Positions 1 to 8,926 of a stretch of DNA of 64,000 nt are shown one piece after another. The notes below the pieces were generated by a model. That model saw only the letters and a program-made list of their open reading frames with translations. It was not told the DNA's origin and did not search any database. The stretch covers positions 4,539-68,538 of the forward strand of contig CAZKUN010000013.1 in NCBI GenBank assembly GCA_964555935.1, in the 5' to 3' direction. The position numbers were made by a program, and so were the translations under genes. Position 1 is the stretch's first letter. Each line of letters begins with the position of its first letter. Origin of the DNA: an uncultured Armatimonadia bacterium (GTDB lineage: Bacteria; Armatimonadota; Zipacnadia; Zipacnadales; VGFC01).

Positions 1-329
1 CTGGGCGTGAGGGCGCGCCCATCCTGCTCCTCCGCGCTTACCCCAACGGTCACTTCGAGAGTAGTCAGGAGGCCGGAGCGACCGGTCGAGATGCGCGCCG
101 GGCCATGGACGGCGTGCGATGCGAGGTAGGTACGAGCGACGGGAAGTGGACGACCGAGTGGGCGATTCCATTCGAGTCATTGCGGATCGCCCCGAAGGTC
201 AGTCGTCGGTTCGAGTTCAACATCTCCGTGCGCAAGCTGGCCCCCGAGGGTGTCTGGCTGATGTGGCGCGGGACGGGCGCGCATACGTGGGATATCGATA
301 GAGCCGGTATTCTGAAACTCGCGAAATAG
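1..329 (+). CDS. C-terminal fragment of a protein truncated by the window start; possible CBM9-like carbohydrate-binding module
   Basis: Frame 3 is open from nt 3 with no stop until 329. The listed ORF 105..329 is the tail of a longer ORF. A W/F-rich motif (GKWTTEWAIPFESL) is reminiscent of carbohydrate-binding modules. Confidence 0.45.
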   Translation, partial: GREGAPILLLRAYPNGHFESSQEAGATGRDARRAMDGVRCEVGTSDGKWTTEWAIPFESLRIAPKVSRRFEFNISVRKLAPEGVWLMWRGTGAHTWDIDRAGILKLAK

Positions 330-348
330 TCGCAATGGAGGACCGAAA

Positions 349-1638
349 ATGTCTGCGAAGCTGGCTGTGCTGGGCGGCGACCGGATCGTGCCGGAGGGAG
401 CCGTCAAACCGTGGCCGCATGTGACGGATGAGGACCGCGCAGCGGTGGCCGCTGTCTTGGCCGGGGATGACCTGGGCGAGCAGAGGCGCATCAACGAAGA
501 GGGCATCTCCAAGGAGTTCGGTGAGTACATCGGCGCGGAGCACGTCGTGCCCGTCAGCAGTGGCACGGCCGCGCTGCACCTCGCGGTTGCTGGCTGCGAG
601 ATCGGGCCTGGCGACGAGGTCATCTGCCCCGCGTTCACCTACTGGGCAACGGCCGCGGCTGTCCTCCACCACAACGGGATCCCTGTCTTCGTCGATGTTG
701 AGCCCGAGACGTGGACGATGGACCCGGCTCTGCTTGAGGGCGCCATCACGCCGCAAACGAAAGCGATCATGCCCGTGCACATCCACGGGATGCCGGCGGC
801 GATGGATGCGATCATGGAGATCGCCGCGAAGCATGACCTGAGAGTCATTGAGGACTGCGCCCAGGCCCATGGCGCGACGTTCAAAGGGAAGAAATGCGGA
901 TCGATCGGCGACGCGGCGGGATTCTCGCTGCAGTCGAGCAAGCTGCTCACGACGGGGAGTTACGGTGGGCTCTTCGCAACCAATAATGATGAGATCGCCC
1001 ACGTCGCGAAGACGCTCCAATACCTCGGCGAGATCGTGATCCCGGGCCGCGAGCGCACGGATCAGCGCTACAACGCCACCGGCCTCGGTTGGATGTACCG
1101 CGGGGATGTCATGGGCCAGGCATTCACTCGCAGCCAGCTCAAGCGGCTGGATCACTATAACGCGCTCCGCGGGAAGAACTGCGAGCTGCTCACCAGCCTC
1201 ATCAAGGACGTTCCCGGCATCCTGACCCCGCACGTCCCCGACGACCGCGGGATGCGGTGGTACACCTACGCCGTGCGGCTTGCGCCGGAGCAACTCGGGC
1301 TGGACGTGCCGGCGCCGGAGGTCCGCGAGCGGGTCGAGAAGGCCTTGGGCGCCGAGGGCGTTCCCGTCGGTCGCTGGCAGCGGATGCCCGTCCCGATGCA
1401 AGACATTTTCCAGTCTCGGGCCGGCTACGGTAAGGGTTGCCCATGGGATTGCGGCCACTACCACGGCGACGTCACCTACGAGATCGGGGACTACCCCGTC
1501 TCGCAGGCGTTCGTCGACTCGAACATGTACGTGTCTGGCATCTGGCCGCCGAACGAAGAGGGCCTGATCCGTCAGTTCGCAGAGGCCATCGAGAAGGTCA
1601 TGAGCCAGCCGGAAGAGCTGATGAAGGTCGAGCTGTAG
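349..1638 (+). CDS. DegT/DnrJ/EryC1/StrS-family PLP-dependent sugar aminotransferase
   Basis: 429 aa with the family hallmarks: VPVSSGTAALHLA, DEVICPAFTYWATAAAV, VIEDCAQAHGA, and the PLP-lysine motif GFSLQSSKLL. RBS-like GGAGG lies upstream of the ATG. Confidence 0.9.
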   Translation: MSAKLAVLGGDRIVPEGAVKPWPHVTDEDRAAVAAVLAGDDLGEQRRINEEGISKEFGEYIGAEHVVPVSSGTAALHLAVAGCEIGPGDEVICPAFTYWATAAAVLHHNGIPVFVDVEPETWTMDPALLEGAITPQTKAIMPVHIHGMPAAMDAIMEIAAKHDLRVIEDCAQAHGATFKGKKCGSIGDAAGFSLQSSKLLTTGSYGGLFATNNDEIAHVAKTLQYLGEIVIPGRERTDQRYNATGLGWMYRGDVMGQAFTRSQLKRLDHYNALRGKNCELLTSLIKDVPGILTPHVPDDRGMRWYTYAVRLAPEQLGLDVPAPEVRERVEKALGAEGVPVGRWQRMPVPMQDIFQSRAGYGKGCPWDCGHYHGDVTYEIGDYPVSQAFVDSNMYVSGIWPPNEEGLIRQFAEAIEKVMSQPEELMKVEL

Positions 1639-1647
1639 GCCGACGCG

Positions 1648-1717
1648 CAACGAGGCAGGCGCCTCGTTGCCACGCGACGGAGTAACGAAAGGGGCAGCGC
1701 CTTCAGGCGCTGCCCCT
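1648..1717. terminator. Two tandem GC-rich hairpins between convergent genes (probable bidirectional terminator)
   Basis: caacgaggc-aggc-gcctcgttg forms a 9-bp stem. aggggcagcgcc-ttca-ggcgctgcccct forms a 12-bp perfect stem followed by tgtagcttct. The region sits between the 3' ends of 349..1638(+) and 1742..2842(-). Confidence 0.55.
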
Positions 1718-1741
1718 TGTAGCTTCTGATGCGAAGACCGC

Positions 1742-2842
1742 TTACAGGTCGACCATCCCGCCCGTCTCCAGGCTCTCATGCACGCCCGACGCGATCCGGG
1801 TCGCCTCCAGGCCATCGACGCCGTCTGGGTACGGGGCGAGTTCATCGATCTTCGCGCCCTCGAGCAGGACGTTCACGTTCTCGGCGAAGTCGGCAATGCT
1901 GATGATCCCGTAGCCATCGAAGACCTCGCGCCCCTGCTTGTCGACCCGCGGACGCAGGAAGCTCATGTTGTGGGTCATCATCCCGTCATTCTCAGAACAC
2001 GAGACCGTGCCACGATCCTGCGAGTCGCACTCGATCATGCCCTCCGTGCCCACCACCCGGATGCCCTGGTTTACGATCGCCTCGAAACCGTCCGGCAGGA
2101 TCCAGCTCGAATCGAACGTGACGCACGCGCCGTTGTCGAACTCGACCTTGGCCTGGATCGAGTCATACGTGTCCACGCCAAGACCCGATAGCTTGCCCTT
2201 GCAACCCGTGGCCCACACGCGCTTGCCATTGGCGTCCATGAGGAAGCGGGCGAGGTCGTAGAAGTGGATGCCCAGGAACCAGCCGGGCGAGCTGTTGCGG
2301 GCCCAGCCGGGGAACCAGTCGCGCGGGACCTCAATCCGGTCCTCCATGTGGGCGTAGCCGTATTGGATCTTCCCGATGTCGCCCTCGCTGATCTTGCGCT
2401 TCATCTCCAGATGGTACTCGTCGAAGCGCTTGTGGAAATCGACCTGCAGCAGGATGTCGTTCTTGGTCGCCGCGTCGATCATCTCCTGACATCCCGCGAC
2501 CGTCACGTCGAGCGGCTTCTCGCAGAGGATATGCACGCCCGCGTCGGCGCACGCAATGACGATATCCTTGTGGAGAGGATCGGGAGTCACGACGGTCACG
2601 CCGTCGAGGTTCTCCTTCTCCAGCATCTCCTTGTAGTCCGTATACACGCTCATCCCGAACTCGGCCTGACGTTCGGTGAGCAGCTCCTCGTTGATGTCAG
2701 CCGCCGCGACGAGTTCGGCCACGCCGAGGTAACCGAGCTGGCGGAACGTGCGAAGATGGTTGATACCAAATGTCCCAACGCCGATGACGCCTATGCGGGC
2801 TTGTGCCAAGGGTGAACCCTCCGTTTTCGGAAAGAAAGGCAT
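1742..2842 (-). CDS. Gfo/Idh/MocA-family NAD(P)-dependent oxidoreductase
   Basis: N-terminal Rossmann motif IGVIGVGTFG plus EKPL and C-terminal alpha/beta-domain motifs. The track ORF extends to 2938, but the internal ATG at 2842 (MPFFPKTEG...) removes the overlap with the upstream gene and precedes the GxGxxG. Confidence 0.85.
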   Translation of the reverse strand: MPFFPKTEGSPLAQARIGVIGVGTFGINHLRTFRQLGYLGVAELVAAADINEELLTERQAEFGMSVYTDYKEMLEKENLDGVTVVTPDPLHKDIVIACADAGVHILCEKPLDVTVAGCQEMIDAATKNDILLQVDFHKRFDEYHLEMKRKISEGDIGKIQYGYAHMEDRIEVPRDWFPGWARNSSPGWFLGIHFYDLARFLMDANGKRVWATGCKGKLSGLGVDTYDSIQAKVEFDNGACVTFDSSWILPDGFEAIVNQGIRVVGTEGMIECDSQDRGTVSCSENDGMMTHNMSFLRPRVDKQGREVFDGYGIISIADFAENVNVLLEGAKIDELAPYPDGVDGLEATRIASGVHESLETGGMVDL

Positions 2843-2876
2843 GGTCGCGGCTATTCGCGCCCACGCGCGATGACGA

Positions 2877-4247
2877 CTACGCTCCACACCAATTGACCAG
2901 TGACAGCGCGAGCGCCTTGGCGCCCGCGAGAATCTCATCGACGCTAATGCTCTCGCCGTCGGCGTGGGCCTGCCGGATGTCCGATGGCCCGAAGACGATG
3001 GTCGGGAGGTCGGCGAGCGCCTTGTACAGCCGCGCGTCGCAGCTCACGTTCCAGCCGTAGATGTCATTCTCGATCCCCGCGTTCTTGCAGGCCTCGTGCA
3101 CCGCGACCGGCAACGGGTGATCGGCTGGGATCTCGTACGCGTCGTTGTGCAGCTTGGGGAACTCCAGCGTGAAGTGCTCTTTCAGCCATTCGTCGTCCGT
3201 CGACATGATGGCGTCGAGCAGTTCCTTCCGGATGTCTGACATTCGCGCGTTGGGCAGGAAGCCGACGCCGCCCTCGAGCACGCACTTGTCCGAGACCATC
3301 GACGGCCAGCCGCCAGCCTCGATGGTGCCGATGCAGAGCTGGACGGGATTGTCGTAGCGCGCGAACAGCGGCTGGCCCTGGCTCGCGGCGATCAGACGCT
3401 CCTCATACTCGAGCATCAGCCGAATCGCTTCCATCATCTTCTCAATGGCGTTGACGCCCTCGTGGCGCCGGCCCATGTGAAGGCTCTTGCCGGTGGTGGT
3501 CGCGCGGAACCAGATCGCGCCGCGATTCGCGGGATGGATCTGCATATCCGTGCCTTCGAGGACGATCACGCCGTCAGCCTTGCAGCCCTGGCGGATCAGC
3601 GCCAACGCTCCGTTCCCGCCGACTTCCTCCTCGATCACAACCTGACACTCCACATCGCCCTTCAGTTGGATACCGAGGTCATCCAGCGCCCGCAGGGCCA
3701 GCAGCATCGTGACAATCTGCCCTTTGCAGTCGGTCGCGCCGCGGCCGATGATGCGATCGCCGTCGATGACGGGATCGAACGCCTTGTCCCAACCTCCGGC
3801 CGGCACGACGTCGCTGTGCGTCTGCAGGATCACGCTGCGTCCGCCGCCGGTCCCCTCGCGGCTGGCTACGAAGTTGTGGCGGCCGGCGTATGGTCCCTCG
3901 TTGTCGCCGTGGGAGTACTCCTCATCGTCAAATAGCGAGTCGGGGATCGGCCGATATTCGCCAGGCAATCCATGTTCCTTGAACAGCTCCATGACGCGGG
4001 CTTGAATGCCAGGCTCATTCCCTTGGATGCTGTCAAAGCGGATAAGCTCGGGAAGGGAACTGAAGATGAAATCGCGGTAACCGTCGATGGTCGTGGATAG
4101 CTGGGTCAGATCCGTATCCGCCACTTCGGGTGCGCTCCTCACGTGCTCGGGGCTGAAGACAGGTCCGAACGTTCCCCGCGCGAGGGGGCATTCCTTCCGA
4201 GGTCGGCTGATTATTGGCGAGGAAGCAGCGTTGGGAGGACTCAGCAT
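2877..4247 (-). CDS. M20-family metallopeptidase/deacylase (ArgE/DapE/acetylornithine deacetylase-like)
   Basis: HSDVVP, GRGATDCKGQ, VIEEEVGGNGA and GxIEAGG dimerisation-domain motifs are present. The exact start is uncertain; the first ~50 aa are non-conserved. Confidence 0.8.
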   Translation of the reverse strand: MLSPPNAASSPIISRPRKECPLARGTFGPVFSPEHVRSAPEVADTDLTQLSTTIDGYRDFIFSSLPELIRFDSIQGNEPGIQARVMELFKEHGLPGEYRPIPDSLFDDEEYSHGDNEGPYAGRHNFVASREGTGGGRSVILQTHSDVVPAGGWDKAFDPVIDGDRIIGRGATDCKGQIVTMLLALRALDDLGIQLKGDVECQVVIEEEVGGNGALALIRQGCKADGVIVLEGTDMQIHPANRGAIWFRATTTGKSLHMGRRHEGVNAIEKMMEAIRLMLEYEERLIAASQGQPLFARYDNPVQLCIGTIEAGGWPSMVSDKCVLEGGVGFLPNARMSDIRKELLDAIMSTDDEWLKEHFTLEFPKLHNDAYEIPADHPLPVAVHEACKNAGIENDIYGWNVSCDARLYKALADLPTIVFGPSDIRQAHADGESISVDEILAGAKALALSLVNWCGA

Positions 4248-4288
4248 CCTCCTTGCGTTGATGCAAGTGGCGAATTGCCGTCTGCTGA

Positions 4289-5071
4289 TTGGCGGGGAAC
4301 GGACGAGCTGCGATGGACGAACGGCGACCCACTCTCTCGGTCATCATGCCCGCGCTCGATGAGGAGGGCACGATCGAGGAAGTGATTCGAGAGGTCTACA
4401 GGCTGCCCAACGTCCGCGAACTCATCGCGGTCGATGACGGCTCGAGCGACCGAACGCCAGAGATACTGGCGGCCTTGCGCGAGGAGTTTGGCGACCGGAT
4501 GCAGACTGTCCGGCACGAGACTCGCCAGGGCAAAGGCGCCGCCGTCCGCGCCGGCATCCCTCTGGCTCGCGGCGAATTGACCGTCATCCAAGACGCCGAC
4601 CTCGAGTACGATCCTCAGGACCTCCTGAAGCTCAGCGACCTGTTCGAGTCGCCGGACGTGGCGGTGGCATATGGGTCGCGGATCCTCGATGGGAGCGGGG
4701 CCACCTGCAGCAAGTGGTTCTACCTCGGCGGACGAGGGCTCTCGGTCATCACTAACATGCTCTATTGGGCAGGCATCACCGACGAGCCGACCTGCTACAA
4801 GATGTTCCGCACGAGCTTGCTGCAGGGCATCCGGCTTCGCTGCACGGGCTTTGAGTTCTGTCCGGAGGTCACGGCGATCGTCCGGCGGCTGGGGTTCAGG
4901 ATCCACGAACTCCCCATCACTTACCGGCCCCGTGGGTTCGAAGAGGGCAAGAAGATCCGCTTCACCGATGGCCTCGAGGCTGTCTGGACCCTCCTCAAGT
5001 TCCGCTTCATGCCCAGGGCCGCGTTCACTGCCGACCCCGACCTCATCGAGCAAGCGCGCCAAGGTCGGTAG
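4289..5071 (+). CDS. GT2-family glycosyltransferase (dolichol/polyprenol-phosphate mannosyl/glucosyltransferase-like, soluble)
   Basis: LSVIMPALDEEGTIEEVI...LIAVDDGSSDRT...VIQDADLEYDP are typical of DPM1-like GT2s, including the DxD motif. The gene is divergent from the M20 gene. The start may be the downstream ATG at 4313. Confidence 0.8.
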   Translation: MAGNGRAAMDERRPTLSVIMPALDEEGTIEEVIREVYRLPNVRELIAVDDGSSDRTPEILAALREEFGDRMQTVRHETRQGKGAAVRAGIPLARGELTVIQDADLEYDPQDLLKLSDLFESPDVAVAYGSRILDGSGATCSKWFYLGGRGLSVITNMLYWAGITDEPTCYKMFRTSLLQGIRLRCTGFEFCPEVTAIVRRLGFRIHELPITYRPRGFEEGKKIRFTDGLEAVWTLLKFRFMPRAAFTADPDLIEQARQGR

Positions 5072-5160
5072 GCTGGGGGGCCTCTCGTCGTTCAGAAGCT
5101 GGCGACCTCCTGGTCTCTGCCATCAGTTCCGTCACCAACCATCCCCTGCCGTCTTGCGCC

Positions 5161-5253
5161 AATCCCTGTAAGAGGGGCTTTAGCCCCGACGCCGTAGACG
5201 TCGGCACGGGCAGAAGCAACGGCGTCGGGGCTAAAGCCCCTCTTACAGGGATT
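5161..5253. repeat. 35-bp perfect inverted repeat (arms 5161..5195 and 5219..5253) flanking a 23-nt loop; each arm also contains the nested hairpin aggggc-ttta-gcccct
   Basis: Read directly: aatccctgtaagaggggctttagccccgacgccgt ... acggcgtcggggctaaagcccctcttacagggatt. It lies between convergent genes 4289..5071(+) and 5326..6765(-). It is related to the hairpin+CTACnnCGGCG repeat family seen elsewhere in the window. Confidence 0.8.
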
Positions 5254-5325
5254 AGGAAGATGGGCGCGCAATGCGATGGATGCGACACGTGGTTCTCGCC
5301 GAAGACGTTGCGCCCTGTCGTTTCT

Positions 5326-6765
5326 CTACGCCTCGCTGATGCGCTTCAGCATGGCCGTCGAGCGTGGCCACTCCAGCTCAACCCCCTGTCCCACCAGCCT
5401 CGCCCGCAGTTCGTCTGTGGGGACCTCGCGTAGTGACACCTTCCGGTCTCGCGCGATCGCTGCGGCTGTGCCGGCGGCTTGGCCAAGCTGCATCATCGTG
5501 CGGGAGAGCCGACAACTCGATGCCGCGAGAGAGCTGAACCCGGCGGCGCGACACGCGATCAGCAGGTTCTCGGTACGCTTGGGCAGCAGGCAGCGATACG
5601 GAATGCCGTACGGCTGCTTCAGCTCCCCGCAACCATGCCCATGCCCCCCGTGCGTGTCCATGGCATGATCGGCGATCGCGACGATGTCGTCGTCCGTCTG
5701 CCCGCTCAGCCCGGCGAGCAGGTCGTGTTGCGTGAGCACCTTCTCGCAGACGATCCGGCGTGTCTCTCGCACTCCGAGGGCCGGCGCGATCCAGCTCCGT
5801 CGATAGCGCTGAAACTCGGGGAAGTTGACCTGGCTGTGGTGCCAGTGGGCAATGGACCGGCGCAGGCACTCCGCGTAAGCCGCTTCCGGTCCGAGCCGCA
5901 GGAACTCCTCTCCCTCCATCGTGGGGAGCACGTTTACGTTCCAGTCGCCGCACGGGTACTGCGTGACGCTCGCCCCCGGGAAGGATGCCCGCCACCAGCA
6001 GTCCTTCGGGACATCGGGCGGCAGGGCCTCGACGGACGGCTGACTGGTTGGCGTGATCCGATATATCAGCGTGATTCCATTCACGCGGTCGGTGGCTTCC
6101 TCGGGCGCGCCGGGCTCGCCGAACGCGTCCCTCCCCTCCTGGCCCATCATCTCCCCGCATCCGCAGGCCATTGCCAGCAGTCCGTCGCCCGTCGCGTCCA
6201 CGTAGACGTCCGCCTGCAAGGCGTTGCCACCATCAAGTCGGAGGTGAGCGATGCGCCCATCGCGCATGTCGGCATCGGCGAGGCCCGTGTCCGTGGCGAC
6301 GTCACACCGCCCCGTCTCGTCGAGCAACGCATGGACAACGGCGCGGTAGACATCGGGCTCAAACCCGACGCCGTGCCAGTGTTCGCGGACGAAGGCCTCG
6401 TCCTCAGCCATAGACCGCGCGCCGTGGCGGAGCAAGCTGTCAACGTACGAGCGGGTGTAATCGACCACCGCCTCGCCGCCCGGGTAGCGCTCTTCGCCGG
6501 GCCCGGGGCAAAGGCAGTGTCGACCAATCGTGTAGATGCCGACGGCTTGGGGGATTGGTCTGAGAGCGCGGTAGATGTCGAGCGGGATACCCGTTCCGCC
6601 GACGCCCGGCTCCCAGACGCTCACGCCGGCGCGCGTGGCGGTGCCGCCGATGACGGGCGCTTTCTCGACGAGGCAGACCGCAAGGCCCTCTCGCGCCGCC
6701 GCGAGCGCCGCGCCGATGCCCCCGCTTCCAGCCCCGATGACAGCGACATCATACTGACGTAACAT
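5326..6765 (-). CDS. FAD-dependent oxidoreductase (FAD_oxidored/PF12831-like)
   Basis: N-terminal dinucleotide-binding motif DVAVIGAGSGGIGAAL...EKAPVIGG, in a 479-aa protein. Confidence 0.8.
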   Translation of the reverse strand: MLRQYDVAVIGAGSGGIGAALAAAREGLAVCLVEKAPVIGGTATRAGVSVWEPGVGGTGIPLDIYRALRPIPQAVGIYTIGRHCLCPGPGEERYPGGEAVVDYTRSYVDSLLRHGARSMAEDEAFVREHWHGVGFEPDVYRAVVHALLDETGRCDVATDTGLADADMRDGRIAHLRLDGGNALQADVYVDATGDGLLAMACGCGEMMGQEGRDAFGEPGAPEEATDRVNGITLIYRITPTSQPSVEALPPDVPKDCWWRASFPGASVTQYPCGDWNVNVLPTMEGEEFLRLGPEAAYAECLRRSIAHWHHSQVNFPEFQRYRRSWIAPALGVRETRRIVCEKVLTQHDLLAGLSGQTDDDIVAIADHAMDTHGGHGHGCGELKQPYGIPYRCLLPKRTENLLIACRAAGFSSLAASSCRLSRTMMQLGQAAGTAAAIARDRKVSLREVPTDELRARLVGQGVELEWPRSTAMLKRISEA

Positions 6766-6917
6766 GACACCCCTTCCGCGTCTGGTGCCATGCGGGTTCG
6801 CGTGAAGCAGCTCCGTCGCCTGCCACCTGGGAGATTCGCTTCCACCCGTACCCTCCAGGCCATCATCGTGGTATACTCTTCCGTCGTCATCCCATACCGT
6901 GGTGGGCAGGTCGAGCG

Positions 6918-8870
6918 ATGCCGCTGCTTTATGCTGAGAATGTCACCAAATACTACGGAGCCGACCTGGTCCTCGAACGGGTCTCGCTGACGGTGGACGA
7001 GCGGGATCGGATCGGGCTGATCGGCGCGAACGGCACCGGCAAGACAACGCTGTGTCGGATGGTGCTCGGGCAACTGCAGCCCGACGATGGGCAGATCAGC
7101 CTCGTGGGTGGCACGACCGTTGGCTACCTCTCGCAGGATCCGGACTTCCCCGAGGGCCAGACGCTATGGGACGCCGCGATGGCGTGCTTCCCTGAGTTGC
7201 GCGAGATGGAGGACCAGCTAGCGAGTCTCGAGGAGCGGATGGCCGACCCCGGCGGCGCGGACTTGGACGAGTTGGTCGAGCGTCACGAGACCGTCCGGTC
7301 GGAGTTCGAGCGCGAGGGCGGGTACGACTACGAGAGGCGAACGCGCATCGTGCTGACCGGGCTGGGTTTTCGGGATGATGACTTCCACCGGCCGATCGAC
7401 GAGTTCAGCGGCGGCGAGAAGAACCGCGCGGCCCTCGCGACTTTGCTACTGACCGACCCAGACCTCCTGTTGCTCGACGAGCCGACCAATCATCTGGACA
7501 TTCAGGGCACGGAGTGGCTTGAGGGACATCTCCAGACCTATCGCGGCGCCGTCATCGCGATCAGCCACGACCGTCGATTCCTCAACGCGACCGCGCGCCG
7601 GATCATAGAAGTCTCAGGTCACGAGTTGGTCGAGTACACCGGCAACTACGACGACTACAATCAGCAGAAAGAGACCCGACTGCTGACCTACCAGCGCGAG
7701 TTCACGAAGCAGCAACGGGAAAAAGACCGCCAGCTCGAGTTCATCCGCTGGGCTCTGGGGACGCAGCAAGAGAAGCGGGTCCGCGCGGCGAAGAGCCGGA
7801 TGAAGCTCCTCGATAAGGTCGAATGGCTCGACCCGCCCGAGGGCCAGCGGCGGAAGATGACCCTGCGGTTCACGCCACGCATCCGGGGTGGCGACGAGAT
7901 CATCGACCTCGTCGATGTGGCGGCCGGATACGATGACCCGATCGTCAGCGGCGTCAATCTGCAGATGCGGCGGGGCGACCGAGTGGGGATCGTTGGGCCG
8001 AATGGTTGCGGCAAGACGACGCTCCTGAAGGCCATTCTCGGCGAGTTGGAGCCGATGTCGGGGCAGATGCGAGTTGGTCGCAGCATGGAGGTTGGCTACT
8101 ACGCCCAAGCCCGCATGGCGTTGACCCCAGCCAACACTGTGATGGAGGAGTTCGCCGAGGTTGTGAAGGACGCCAGCATCGGCGAGCTACGCAATCTGCT
8201 GGCGCGCTTCCTCTTCATTGAGGAGGACGTCTTCAAGCGAGTGGGGCAGTTGTCCGGCGGCGAGCAGAGCCGCCTGACGCTGGCGAAGCTCATCATGACC
8301 CGGCCGAGTTTCCTCGTGCTTGACGAACCGACGAACCACCTGGACATCGATTCGCGCGGCGCGCTTGAGAACGCGCTGGGGCTCTATACCGGCACGCTGC
8401 TCGTCGTATCTCACGATCGGTATTTCTTGGACGCGGTGGTCAACCGCATCGTGGCCATCGATGGCGAGACCTCGCGCGAGTTCGAGGGCAACTACACCGC
8501 CTATCGCGAGGCCTTGAGGCGCGAAGACGAGCTGAAGGAGCAGTCCAAGGCGGCGCAGCGGGCAGAGGAGCGGCAGCAGCGTCTTGAAGTCGAGAAGCAG
8601 GCGCGCAATAAACGCAAAGCCAAACGCGCGGCGGAGGAGTCATCGTCGGAATACAAGCTCCGGATACGAGCCGCTGAGCTTGAGAAGCAATCCGCCGAAC
8701 TCGAGGCGAGACTCGCCGAACTCGAGCAGCTTCTTGCCAATCCGGAACTCTACGATGAGCCCTCGCGGGTACAGGAACTCAACATCGAGCACCATCGGGT
8801 CCAAGGGACGCTGAAGGAGACCTACGCCGCGTGGGAGTCGGCTGTCGACCAACTGGGGGACGATGGGTAG
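6918..8870 (+). CDS. ABC-F family ATPase (two tandem ABC ATPase domains, no TMD; translation-factor type) with Lys/Glu/Arg-rich C-terminal coiled coil
   Basis: Two Walker A motifs (GANGTGKTT; GPNGCGKTT) and two ABC signatures (LSGGEKNRAAL; LSGGEQSRLTL). Linker, Walker B and H-loop are present. The C-terminus (approx 8530..8800) is a charged heptad-like region. Confidence 0.9.
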   Translation: MPLLYAENVTKYYGADLVLERVSLTVDERDRIGLIGANGTGKTTLCRMVLGQLQPDDGQISLVGGTTVGYLSQDPDFPEGQTLWDAAMACFPELREMEDQLASLEERMADPGGADLDELVERHETVRSEFEREGGYDYERRTRIVLTGLGFRDDDFHRPIDEFSGGEKNRAALATLLLTDPDLLLLDEPTNHLDIQGTEWLEGHLQTYRGAVIAISHDRRFLNATARRIIEVSGHELVEYTGNYDDYNQQKETRLLTYQREFTKQQREKDRQLEFIRWALGTQQEKRVRAAKSRMKLLDKVEWLDPPEGQRRKMTLRFTPRIRGGDEIIDLVDVAAGYDDPIVSGVNLQMRRGDRVGIVGPNGCGKTTLLKAILGELEPMSGQMRVGRSMEVGYYAQARMALTPANTVMEEFAEVVKDASIGELRNLLARFLFIEEDVFKRVGQLSGGEQSRLTLAKLIMTRPSFLVLDEPTNHLDIDSRGALENALGLYTGTLLVVSHDRYFLDAVVNRIVAIDGETSREFEGNYTAYREALRREDELKEQSKAAQRAEERQQRLEVEKQARNKRKAKRAAEESSSEYKLRIRAAELEKQSAELEARLAELEQLLANPELYDEPSRVQELNIEHHRVQGTLKETYAAWESAVDQLGDDG

Positions 8871-8926
8871 GTGACAGGACGAGGCGGGTGACGGTCGGCT
8901 GCGGCAAAGTGCCACCCGCCCGCGGA

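Noticed and set aside
217-1845. 542-aa ORF on the minus strand
   Set aside because: Entirely antisense to the well-supported DegT aminotransferase gene. Arg/Ala/Pro-rich low-complexity translation typical of high-GC shadow frames.
5479-6762. 427-aa plus-strand ORF
   Set aside because: Shadow ORF inside the FAD-dependent oxidoreductase gene on the opposite strand.
8530-8800. Lys/Glu/Arg/Ala-rich repetitive stretch that looked like a possible tandem repeat or separate small gene
   Set aside because: It is the in-frame C-terminal coiled-coil arm characteristic of ABC-F proteins, part of 6918..8870.
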